NCBI GenBank assembly: GCA_042571445.1
Contig: JBHPFT010000002.1
Location: 1-32,745, forward strand
Origin: Patescibacteria group bacterium
Lineage (GTDB): Bacteria; Patescibacteriota; WWE3; UBA101185; UBA10185
Direction of reading: 5' to 3'
Length of the DNA: 32,745 bases
The notes beneath the pieces were generated by a model. That model saw only the letters and a list, made by a program, of their open reading frames with translations. It searched no databases and had not been told where the DNA came from. A program made the position numbers and the translations under genes. Below are positions 1 to 6,530 of this stretch, one piece after another. How positions within the stretch are numbered: the first letter of the stretch is position 1; each line of letters starts with the position of its first letter.

Positions 1-135
1 TGGAACAGTCTTGTCTAGATAGAGTGTCTTTGTCTCATCACCATAGTAGTCTGAATAACCTAATCTTTGAAATCTTAAAAACGTAGAAATAACAAAAAGA
101 ATAACTAAAAAAATAATTTCTTTTTTCTTAGTCAA
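1..135 (-). CDS. Partial CDS (N-terminal 45 codons, runs off window): GT-C fold glycosyltransferase, family 39 / ArnT-PMT-like
   Basis: Minus-strand frame reads (L/M)TKKKEIIFLVILFVISTFLRFQRLGYSDYYGDETKTLYLDKTVP. This is a TM helix followed by an RFxxLG...DE pattern typical of GT39/ArnT N-termini. TTG start at 135-133, preceded by GGAGG 8 nt upstream inside the trxB 3' end. Confidence 0.45.
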   Translation of the reverse strand, partial: MTKKKEIIFLVILFVISTFLRFQRLGYSDYYGDETKTLYLDKTVP

Positions 136-136
136 G

Positions 137-1096
137 TTAGTAACCTCCAAGCTTTACCTCGACACCGTGCTTTTGAAGAAATTTAATAGCATCTAAAGCT
201 GCCTCACATCCATATCCTGCAGCCGTTACTGCTTGCCTATATGTATAGTCATGAACATCTCCACCAGCAAACACCCCCTCAAGAGATGTCTGAGAACCTT
301 TCCTTCGAATAATGTATTCCTTCTCATCTAATTCTATAAAACCTTTCAAAAACTCCGTATCTGGTTTATGCCCAATAGCAATAAATAGACCTTTAACATC
401 ATCCATAACCTTGTCTTCACCGGTTTCAGTATTTATAACTTTTAAGCCCTCCACAGAGCTATCTCCTAAAACTTCTTTTACTTGAGTATTTGGTACAAAC
501 TCAACTTTAGGACTACTAAGAGCTTCTTTTTGCATGATTTTACTTGCCTTTAGCTTATCTTTACTTGATCTTGTTATTAAATAGACTTTTGTAGCGAATC
601 TTGTTAGAAAGCTTGCTTCTTCCATAGAAGCATCTCCGCCACCTACTACAGCTACTACCTTGTCTTTAAAGAAAAACCCATCACATGTTGCACAAGCTGA
701 TACTCCTTTTCCTCTCAATCTCTGCTCTGATTCAAGTCCTAACCACTTTGCTGAGGCACCTGTTGCAATAATTATTGTTTTTCCGCCATACTCATTACCC
801 TCAGTCTTAATCTTAAAACCTTCTTCAAAAGAACCAGAAACAGATAATGCAATCCCTTCTACAAATTCTGCTCCATATTTTTCAGCTTGTTTTCTCATGT
901 TAGAAACAAGGTCTGGTCCTTGAATTGGTTCTATAAATCCAGGAAAGTTTTCTACCTCTGTAGTTATTGTTAGCTGTCCTCCTGGAGAATTACCTGCAAT
1001 AACTAGTGTTTTAAGAAAGGCTCTAGAGGAATATAAGGCTGCTGTTAAACCAGCAGGACCGCTTCCTAGAATTACCACATCATACTCACTATTCAT
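137..1096 (-). CDS. trxB: Thioredoxin-disulfide reductase
   Basis: 319 aa. N-terminal FAD fold GSGPAGLTAA, redox-active CATCDG motif, second dinucleotide fold VVGGGDASMEEA, C-terminal GDV...RQAVTAAGYGC. Classic low-Mr TrxR layout. Confidence 0.93.
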   Translation of the reverse strand: MNSEYDVVILGSGPAGLTAALYSSRAFLKTLVIAGNSPGGQLTITTEVENFPGFIEPIQGPDLVSNMRKQAEKYGAEFVEGIALSVSGSFEEGFKIKTEGNEYGGKTIIIATGASAKWLGLESEQRLRGKGVSACATCDGFFFKDKVVAVVGGGDASMEEASFLTRFATKVYLITRSSKDKLKASKIMQKEALSSPKVEFVPNTQVKEVLGDSSVEGLKVINTETGEDKVMDDVKGLFIAIGHKPDTEFLKGFIELDEKEYIIRRKGSQTSLEGVFAGGDVHDYTYRQAVTAAGYGCEAALDAIKFLQKHGVEVKLGGY

Positions 1097-1149
1097 ATAA
1101 TCATTTTATATCACTTGATATTTAAACCAAAGTATTTAATATAAAAGTT
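1097..1149. promoter_or_regulatory. 53-nt divergent promoter region serving trxB (-) and ORF 1150 (+), both apparently leaderless
   Basis: Plus strand: TTGATA (1115-1120), TAATAT (1137-1142), 7 nt, ATG 1150. Minus strand: TAAAAT (1108-1103), 6 nt, ATG 1096. No SD-like sequence on either side. Confidence 0.4.
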
Positions 1150-1344
1150 ATGGGTGATAATAATACAGATATAACTACAGTGGTTAATAGCCAAGATGAT
1201 ACAGCTGAAGAAGAACACGAAGAACTTCCTTCTGATGTGGCTGATGCAATTGGCATGAGAAAGAAAAAAGACAATAGACCACCAGCTGATGACTACGTTT
1301 CTGAACTTGAAAACCCAGATTTAGAAACCAAGGATGAGATTTAA
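1150..1344 (+). CDS. Small acidic hypothetical protein (64 aa)
   Basis: ORF with ATG start. Stop overlaps the next start (TAATG at 1342-1346), suggesting translational coupling. Low-complexity D/E-rich sequence with no recognisable domain. Confidence 0.5.
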   Translation: MGDNNTDITTVVNSQDDTAEEEHEELPSDVADAIGMRKKKDNRPPADDYVSELENPDLETKDEI

Positions 1345-1790
1345 TGTCTACACTTTTAGTAACTTTAAAAGGAAATAGATTATTTAATAAAACGCTATTT
1401 AGTCCTCACCTTTATATTCATGATGATCTTTTAATTTATAAGAAAAGAAAGTGGTTTGTTGTTAGAGAAATGACCATCTCATATACTCAGGTTGCTAGAT
1501 TTACACTGGCAAGAGGAATTTTTTTTGCTCATATAAATATTATTACTACGGGAGCAGATGAAATGGAGATAAAGTTTGTAAGTAAAAAAGACGCAGCACA
1601 AGCAAAATCAATAGTTGATCAAAAAATTTACCGTGCTCATGCAAAACATAATATTTCAAAACAAGAGGGTGGGGGAGGAATTGGATCATTTGAGAAAACA
1701 ATGAATAGACTTAAGGAACTTCAAACAAAGGGTAAGATATCAGAAAAAGAATATGAGAAAAAGAAAAAAGATCTCCTAAAAGATCTTTAA
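1344..1790 (+). CDS. Bacterial PH-like (bPH_2/DUF304-like) domain protein with C-terminal SHOCT motif
   Basis: 148 aa. The core ISYTQVARFTLARGIFFAHINIITTGADEMEIKFVSKKDAAQAKSIV resembles YdbS/bPH_2 domains. The C-terminal LKELQTKGKISEKEYEKKKKDLL matches the SHOCT consensus. Confidence 0.6.
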   Translation: MSTLLVTLKGNRLFNKTLFSPHLYIHDDLLIYKKRKWFVVREMTISYTQVARFTLARGIFFAHINIITTGADEMEIKFVSKKDAAQAKSIVDQKIYRAHAKHNISKQEGGGGIGSFEKTMNRLKELQTKGKISEKEYEKKKKDLLKDL

Positions 1791-1865
1791 TGGAGCGGCG
1801 GACCGGATTTGAACCGGCGACCTTCTCCTTGGAAGGGAGACATTCTACCACTGAACTACCGCCGC
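1791..1865 (-). tRNA. tRNA-Gly (anticodon UCC), CCA encoded
   Basis: The reverse complement folds as a cloverleaf: acceptor GCGGCGG/CCGCCGC, anticodon stem TCTCC/GGAGA with loop CTTCCAA, T arm GCCGG-TTCAAAT-CCGGT, 3' T-CCA. The 3' end abuts the stop codon of the convergent CDS at 1788-1790. Confidence 0.9.
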
Positions 1866-1899
1866 TAATACGTAACTATTCTACCAGAAAACACCAAAT

Positions 1900-1907
1900 G
1901 TTATCAT
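1900..1907 (+). promoter_or_regulatory. Extended -10 promoter (TGtTATCAT) 7 nt upstream of the MFS start codon
   Basis: TG-t-TATCAT at 1899/1900-1907, then taattca (7 nt), then ATG 1915. No SD. Confidence 0.4.
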
Positions 1908-1914
1908 TAATTCA

Positions 1915-3156
1915 ATGAGAATACCTGCCCAAAGAACCAGACTTAAAATTAGTCCCCTCATTGTCTTTTCAACGATAATATTTCTTATATCCCTCCATGA
2001 CGGAATAATGAGCTATGTTAGTCCTGTTATTCTAAACTCCACACTAAATGATACCTTTCTCGTGGGATTAATTCTTTCAAGTTCATCTCTTTTTGGAATG
2101 TTTTTTAACTTCACAATAGCTACCTTTTATGATCACAAGAATTACAGGTTTTTTATTCCAAGAATGCTTTTATTTGCTCTTATATTTCCATCAATTTATA
2201 TATTCCTACCAAGAAAAATCTTTTTCTTTGTTATGGCTATGATAGTGTGGTCTATTTATTACGAATTTAGAAATTACTCAAAGTACAATTTTGTACATGA
2301 ATTTTTACCTCCTCAAAAAAACACAGATGCTTGGTCTGTAATGCAGATATTTCAGGCATCAAGCTACATGATAGGACCAGCTATAGCAGTATTTCTTATT
2401 AGTAAAAACCTAAATGCTCCTTTATACACAACAATAACTATAGTTAGTACTGCAGTACTTGTGTATCTTTTCTTTATAAAGTTTTATGCTAAGAAGAAAA
2501 AGAAAGAAGCAAAGAGACCTCAAGGAAAGTTTAGTGATTTCTTAAAGCAACTAAAAGTATTTAGAATTTTATCTAAAAAACTTTGGTGTTTAGTATTTTT
2601 CAGTTTTACTCTTACACTTCTAGATGTATCCTTTTGGACAATAGGGGTACTTTATTCAGAAATACTTAGAAATATCCATGAGTTAGGACAGTTTTTTATT
2701 GTTGTTTATGGTCTACCTGCTATCTTTGTTGGCTTTGTCGCCCCACATATCTACCAAAGACTGGGAAAGAAAAGAACAGGGTTTATTACAGGAGCACTAG
2801 CAGGACTAAGTCTAGTAGGGGTAGGTTTAGCTTCAAATATTCATCATATTCTAATATCAGTATTTTTAGCATCAACATTCTTTAATATCACATTCATTCT
2901 AATATCTGCTACATTTGAAGATTTTGTTACAAGATTAGATGAATCAGAAAATGACATTGTTAGTATGAGTCAGTTTTCTCAAAACCTAGCTTATGCAATA
3001 GGACCAATACTTCTAGGTTTTATTGCAAAGAAATATTCTTTTGGAAATGCATTTATGACAGCAGGAACAATTCTAGTTTGCTCTGCAATAATTTCATATT
3101 TTATTGTTCCAAGAAAGATTAGACTCCCAAGAAAAGCGTTAGCAAAAGTTAAATAG
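1915..3156 (+). CDS. MFS-type transporter (multi-pass membrane protein)
   Basis: 413 aa with about 11-12 hydrophobic segments in two halves separated by a basic loop (KKKKKEAKRPQGK). This is typical MFS topology. Substrate unknown. Confidence 0.7.
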   Translation: MRIPAQRTRLKISPLIVFSTIIFLISLHDGIMSYVSPVILNSTLNDTFLVGLILSSSSLFGMFFNFTIATFYDHKNYRFFIPRMLLFALIFPSIYIFLPRKIFFFVMAMIVWSIYYEFRNYSKYNFVHEFLPPQKNTDAWSVMQIFQASSYMIGPAIAVFLISKNLNAPLYTTITIVSTAVLVYLFFIKFYAKKKKKEAKRPQGKFSDFLKQLKVFRILSKKLWCLVFFSFTLTLLDVSFWTIGVLYSEILRNIHELGQFFIVVYGLPAIFVGFVAPHIYQRLGKKRTGFITGALAGLSLVGVGLASNIHHILISVFLASTFFNITFILISATFEDFVTRLDESENDIVSMSQFSQNLAYAIGPILLGFIAKKYSFGNAFMTAGTILVCSAIISYFIVPRKIRLPRKALAKVK

Positions 3157-3159
3157 AAT

Positions 3160-3189
3160 AAAAAAAGAGGGCAGATTTTTTCTGCCCTC
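3160..3189 (-). terminator. Rho-independent terminator oriented for the minus strand
   Basis: Minus strand reads GAGGGCAGA-aaaaaa-TCTGCCCTC followed by T7 (plus A-run 3160-3166). On the plus strand the stem is not followed by a T tract. Confidence 0.7.
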
Positions 3190-3440
3190 GTAGGCGGTTA
3201 GACGGAGGTCGCTTAAAACAAACCTAGGGACTAACCGCAGCTGAAAAGATTTACTTCGACATAGTTGTAGTTATTTTCATTATCGCTAATAGTTTTTCCT
3301 TCATTTTTTTAGGTTAACCGAATGATCAAATTCTAAGATCTTACATTACTTATGGATCGTACCTTATGTACAATCAAATCGGCCCTCCTTTCTCAAAAGG
3401 CGGTCTTAACGCGGATTAATATATGCCGCCGCCTATAATT
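3162..3440 (-). ncRNA. Candidate stand-alone structured RNA (~280 nt), class unassigned
   Basis: 364-nt gap with no convincing ORF. Bounded by the promoter at 3475-3447 and the terminator at 3189-3160. 5' GGCGGCGGC (3433-3425) can pair with CCGCC (3403-3399). 8-bp helix GCGGTTAG (3238-3231) / CTAACCGC (3201-3194). 5' TAGGCGG (3435-3429) is complementary to 3' CCGCCTA (3197-3191). AAAGGAGGG (3391-3383) is complementary to CCTCC (3208-3204). Confidence 0.4.
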
Positions 3441-3446
3441 GGATGG

Positions 3447-3475
3447 AGTTTATCAAAACTAGCAAAATATATCAA
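3447..3475 (-). promoter_or_regulatory. Sigma70-like promoter for the orphan RNA
   Basis: Minus strand: TTGATA (3475-3470), 17-nt spacer, TAAACT (3452-3447). Predicted start near 3440. Confidence 0.4.
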
Positions 3476-3490
3476 ACTATGAGTCTAAAG

Positions 3491-3499
3491 TGATATAAT
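3491..3499 (+). promoter_or_regulatory. Extended -10 promoter (TGaTATAAT) for the small-membrane-protein operon
   Basis: TG-a-TATAAT at 3491-3499, followed by a 21-nt leader containing GGAGGG 5 nt before ATG 3521. Confidence 0.5.
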
Positions 3500-3520
3500 A
3501 AGAAAAAAACTGGAGGGAAT

Positions 3521-3676
3521 ATGAACCTTGAAATTAAGATAAAGTTCGGTTGGATTTACATCATTGTAATATCAATGGCCTTCCTTTTAGGACTGGTTGT
3601 AAGAGATTTTGGTAGTGGGTTACACTGTGGTTCTTGTGCCTTTTGTTTGATGGATACAATCAGAATGTGTAGATAA
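3521..3676 (+). CDS. 51-aa microprotein: one TM helix plus Cys-rich tail (not in the supplied ORF track)
   Basis: ATG 3521 preceded by GGAGGG. Translation: MNLEIKIKFGWIYIIVISMAFLLGLVVRDFGSGLHCGSCAFCLMDTIRMCR. Stop TAA at 3674-3676. Confidence 0.5.
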   Translation: MNLEIKIKFGWIYIIVISMAFLLGLVVRDFGSGLHCGSCAFCLMDTIRMCR

Positions 3677-3695
3677 CTATATATAGGAGAAGAAA

Positions 3696-3911
3696 ATGGA
3701 AGAGAACAGACTTGTACAAATTATTAGATTTGGTTTAATCGTCGGAGTTTCTTATATCGTAGGTTTTTTTACTGAATTAGCTGGATTGGGCATTACTACA
3801 TTTATTGTGTTGTTTGTAGGTTATTGTTGTATATCAGCAAGAAGCAAAACCCTTAAAGAGATGAGGGTTTCGGAACTGAAAAGAAACAAGCTTAGAGATG
3901 ACCAAAAGTAA
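3696..3911 (+). CDS. Small membrane protein (71 aa, 2 predicted TM)
   Basis: AGGAGA RBS 7 nt upstream. Two hydrophobic helices followed by a basic tail. No recognisable family. Confidence 0.55.
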   Translation: MEENRLVQIIRFGLIVGVSYIVGFFTELAGLGITTFIVLFVGYCCISARSKTLKEMRVSELKRNKLRDDQK

Positions 3912-4107
3912 TCAAGAGGCAGAGGGGTGTGTAGAAAAAGTAATTAGATTGATATACATCCAAGTCACCCTCCTGATTCTCTGCATTGGAAGCACCTATC
4001 TTAAAGGCCGTAACTCTGGAATGATACTTTCAATAGGAGTTTTCATTTTACTTGTGGTGGTAGCATCTCTTTCTTATAGGCATAACAATAAAGGAACAAA
4101 AAAATGA
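3898..4107 (+). CDS. Small membrane protein (69 aa, 2 predicted TM)
   Basis: Overlaps the previous ORF by 14 nt. Two hydrophobic helices. The start choice is uncertain. Confidence 0.5.
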   Translation: MTKSNQEAEGCVEKVIRLIYIQVTLLILCIGSTYLKGRNSGMILSIGVFILLVVVASLSYRHNNKGTKK

Positions 4108-4517
4108 GAAATAAAGAAAGGTTATATTATGATATTAGAGCAAGCTTACTAATGTCAGAAGTCTGCTTGTTTGTATATCTTAAGGGACCGGTAGAACTTC
4201 TATCTCCACTTTCTGTAGCAGTTATTATTTTAGCTTGGACCATAGAAATAGTAAGAGTAAATAAAAAGGCTAAAAAGTCAGAGAGCACCGACCCTGAGTG
4301 GCATCCAAATCAACAGCTTCGGAAACCAAGTCAATTTCTTAGTTATTTTAGATGGCCAGTAATCCTGGGGGTTTTCTTACTTGGACTTTATCTTGAAAAA
4401 ACATGGATCAGTACGGGTCTATCAATAGCGACATTTTTGATACTTTGTGTAGGACCGATAGTAGGACCCTTCGTGGAAACAGTATTGACGGAAATATATT
4501 GTGATCATATGCGCTAA
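4104..4517 (+). CDS. Membrane protein (137 aa, about 4 TM)
   Basis: ATGA start/stop overlap with the previous ORF. Two pairs of hydrophobic helices separated by a basic, polar loop. Confidence 0.55.
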   Translation: MRNKERLYYDIRASLLMSEVCLFVYLKGPVELLSPLSVAVIILAWTIEIVRVNKKAKKSESTDPEWHPNQQLRKPSQFLSYFRWPVILGVFLLGLYLEKTWISTGLSIATFLILCVGPIVGPFVETVLTEIYCDHMR

Positions 4518-4538
4518 AGATGACTAAATAAACTAAAA

Positions 4539-4568
4539 GCGGGTGCCTAGCATTCGCTTTTTATTTTT
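4539..4568. terminator. Probable bidirectional intrinsic terminator between convergent units
   Basis: GCGGGTG-cctag-CATTCGC (7 bp including 2 G-U pairs), followed by TTTTTATTTTT on the plus strand and TTTTAGTTTATTT on the minus strand. Confidence 0.5.
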
Positions 4569-4662
4569 CTTCTTCCACTCCTTAAAATCCCTTATGTCCT
4601 CAGGTTTGTATTCTTTGACACCCTCTCGTACACGCCTTCAGATCAACTTCAAAAGATAGTTT

Positions 4663-5322
4663 TTAGTACTTTAAATCTTTTTCACCATTAAGGTACCTTT
4701 TTACTAGAAATACTAATCTTCTATGATAGTCGTCCCAGTTTTCTGGAAATTCATCTATAGAAACTGTCATTGTAATTTCCTCACCATTTGCCTTTATCCC
4801 CATTACCTCAAATTTGTATCCTTCTTCCTCATACATTCTTACTAGTTCATCAATTGGGCATAAACAAAGTGCATAAACCTCCTCTTCTTGAAGACTAAAT
4901 TCATTTAAAAGTGTGTTATCCTCGAGCAAATACAGATCACTAACAGTTCTTCTAAGAGTTCCGTCTTGTCCTTTTCCCTCATTAGTCCTCTTACCAAGAT
5001 TAATAAAACTAGGTTGATCATACTTTTTTCCAAGCTCCTCTTTAGTTTCGTTATCTATAGCATCAGATGGCTCCATATCCTCATAATGACCTGCACATGA
5101 CACATCTAACTTACCTGGGGCCCACCCAATAGTAGGGGAACGTTTTTGATAAATTATTCCTGGAACAGGGCTTGTTTGAACTAGTATGAGATTAAAGGTC
5201 CCGTACCATAATCCTTTTTTCCAGGCCTCTCTTCTATCAATTAACTGCCCAGATCTCTCAAAATTTGGTGGCGTTAAAACTTCAACTTTGAAAGTATCAT
5301 CATGAAATTTTATATTTGCCAT
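4663..5322 (-). CDS. Nudix-family hydrolase (IDI-like)
   Basis: Degenerate Nudix box GHYEDMEPSDAIDNETKEELG (Gx5Ex6-NE-x-x-EExG). I prefer ATG 5322 (MANIKF...) over the TTG at 5388, because TTGTAT-17-TAATAT lies between 5388 and 5350. The start remains uncertain. Confidence 0.6.
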   Translation of the reverse strand: MANIKFHDDTFKVEVLTPPNFERSGQLIDRREAWKKGLWYGTFNLILVQTSPVPGIIYQKRSPTIGWAPGKLDVSCAGHYEDMEPSDAIDNETKEELGKKYDQPSFINLGKRTNEGKGQDGTLRRTVSDLYLLEDNTLLNEFSLQEEEVYALCLCPIDELVRMYEEEGYKFEVMGIKANGEEITMTVSIDEFPENWDDYHRRLVFLVKRYLNGEKDLKY

Positions 5323-5395
5323 ATCATTTTCTTCTAATATAATAGCATTCCCGCGTTGGATATTAGGGTTTTTATTGTTAAAATACAACTATTCT

Positions 5396-5471
5396 GCGCC
5401 TGTAGCTCAGCGGATAGAGCAGCACCCTTCTAAGGTGAAGGTCGGGGGTTCAATTCCCTCCAGGCGCGCCA
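5396..5471 (+). tRNA. tRNA-Arg (anticodon UCU), CCA encoded
   Basis: Acceptor GCGCCTG/CAGGCGC, D arm GCTC-AGCGGAT-AGAGC, anticodon stem GCACC/GGTGA with loop CTTCTAA, T arm GGGGG-TTCAATT-CCCTC, G-CCA. Confidence 0.9.
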
Positions 5472-5477
5472 TAAACT

Positions 5478-5750
5478 ATGTCGAAAGAAATTGAAAAGAA
5501 AACGTGGCCCGAATATTTTGAACTTACTAGAACAGGAAAGAAAAGGTATGAATGCAGACTTGCAGACTTTGATGTAGAAGTAGGTGATATATTGATTCTA
5601 AAAGAGTGGGATCCCAAAACTAAGAAGTATACGGGAAGAAAACTCAAAAAAAGAATCCTACATAAAAGTCATCTAGATCCAAATGATACTCAGTGGTGGC
5701 CAAAAGAAGACATAGATAAGTATGGATTCCACATACTATCTATAGATTAA
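5478..5750 (+). CDS. DUF3850 / ASCH-like (PUA-fold) small protein, putative RNA-binding
   Basis: 90 aa. WPEYFELTRTGKKRYECRLADFDVEVGDILILKEWDPKTKKYTGRKL matches the DUF3850 pattern (yFe.v.sG.Kt.E.R.nDrdf.vGD.l.L.E....YTGR). Confidence 0.65.
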   Translation: MSKEIEKKTWPEYFELTRTGKKRYECRLADFDVEVGDILILKEWDPKTKKYTGRKLKKRILHKSHLDPNDTQWWPKEDIDKYGFHILSID

Positions 5751-5837
5751 GGGCGAGTGGTGGAATGGCAGACACGAGGGACTTAAAATCCCTTGTCCGT
5801 TAAGGACGTGAGGGTTCGACTCCCTCCTCGCCCACCA
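5751..5837 (+). tRNA. tRNA-Leu (anticodon UAA), long variable arm, CCA encoded
   Basis: Acceptor GGGCGAG/CTCGCCC, anticodon loop CTTAAAA, variable arm TGTCCGTTAAGGACG, T arm GAGGG-TTCGACT-CCCTC, A-CCA. Begins on the nucleotide after the upstream stop codon. Confidence 0.9.
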
Positions 5838-5843
5838 TATATT

Positions 5844-6530
5844 ATGAAAAATAAACTAACTTATTTACTCACATCAATTATCTTTCTTCTTATTGGTATG
5901 GGTGTGTTTCTAAATGTTCAACAACAGTTAGCTGTAGATGAATCAAAACTACCTGAGAAACTTGAAGATCATAATCTATTTCAAAGATGGATTACTAATC
6001 TTAAGAATAATGAAGTAGATGTAGGTGCGGATGATTTTAGACTTATTGAAGAAGCAGAGATATACAACACAATGTGGGTAACCGTTAAATCTTTTGATGA
6101 AGAAGGGGTAGAGGAGTGGTATGAAGAAGAATTACTTGCTCATCAAAATCTAGATAAAGTTGTCTTTTCTCCAAGTGAACAAGAATTTATTGATTTTAGA
6201 AGTATTTTTAGAAGCGAATACAAAGTTAATGAGGTTAGATTCTTTGGTAAAAAAGAAGATAAGGTTGTAGATTCCAAAGCTGTAGATTGTTCAATTAGAG
6301 CAAACTGCTATTTTGATAGGGCATACTTTTTAGATAATGATGTATTTGTAGTCACAGAGATAAGTAGAAACATACACAAGCACGATGACACTGCAGAACT
6401 ATGTCCTTTAGATGAAATATGTACTTACACAGTTAAGCTTCATCTTATTGATTTAATCCAAAATAAAAGATTAGTTTATGAGTCAGGTACTTTTGAAGTA
6501 ATTATAGAAAAGCTTATTCCTGAGTTATAA
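5844..6530 (+). CDS. Hypothetical N-terminally membrane-anchored protein (228 aa)
   Basis: The ORF-track start at 5793 lies inside tRNA-Leu. The in-frame ATG at 5844 gives MKNKLTYLLTSIIFLLIGMGVFL (signal/anchor). Acidic extracytoplasmic domain with 4 Cys. No family recognised. Confidence 0.6.
   Translation: MKNKLTYLLTSIIFLLIGMGVFLNVQQQLAVDESKLPEKLEDHNLFQRWITNLKNNEVDVGADDFRLIEEAEIYNTMWVTVKSFDEEGVEEWYEEELLAHQNLDKVVFSPSEQEFIDFRSIFRSEYKVNEVRFFGKKEDKVVDSKAVDCSIRANCYFDRAYFLDNDVFVVTEISRNIHKHDDTAELCPLDEICTYTVKLHLIDLIQNKRLVYESGTFEVIIEKLIPEL

Noticed and set aside
3351-3437. 28-codon plus-strand ORF (MDRTLCTIKSALLSQKAVLTRINICRRL) and 14-17-codon minus-strand mini-ORFs in the RNA locus
   Set aside because: There are no convincing RBS/start combinations, except a TTG 6 nt after AAAGGAGGG giving only 14 codons. 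The GC-rich parts are better explained as RNA helices. I cannot exclude a leader peptide but have no support for one.
3190-3440. tmRNA (ssrA) hypothesis for the orphan RNA. The minus strand contains a tag-like frame GAT AAT GAA AAT AAC TAC AAC TAT... (DNENNYNY, about 3284-3252), reminiscent of ANDENYALAA, preceded by an A-rich stretch. The plus strand has a TTCGAC like the tmRNA 5' region.
   Set aside because: There is no tRNA-like T arm (GGTTCGA/TTCRANY loop), no acceptor end with CCA, and only about 50 nt after the would-be tag, leaving no room for pseudoknots. The frame runs on to ...VEVNLFSCG*, which is not a typical hydrophobic tag end. The two hints lie on opposite strands. N/D/E/Y codons are common by chance in AT-rich DNA.
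3190-3440. RNase P RNA, SRP RNA or 6S RNA assignment for the same locus
   Set aside because: It lacks the P4 signatures (GAGGAAAGTCC...ACAGAA.CCCGGCTTA) and the SRP domain IV motif (GGAA tetraloop with AGCAGCC). I could not build a long 6S-like rod beyond the 7-bp terminal helix. The locus is left unclassified.
5450-5647. 65-aa minus-strand ORF
   Set aside because: It overlaps the tRNA-Arg 3' end and is antisense to the well-supported DUF3850 CDS. Low-complexity translation and no RBS.
5793-5843. ORF-track start (MSVKDVRVRLPPRPPYI...) for the 5793-6530 ORF
   Set aside because: These codons are simply a translation of tRNA-Leu(UAA) (5751-5837). The in-frame ATG at 5844 gives a proper signal/anchor N-terminus.
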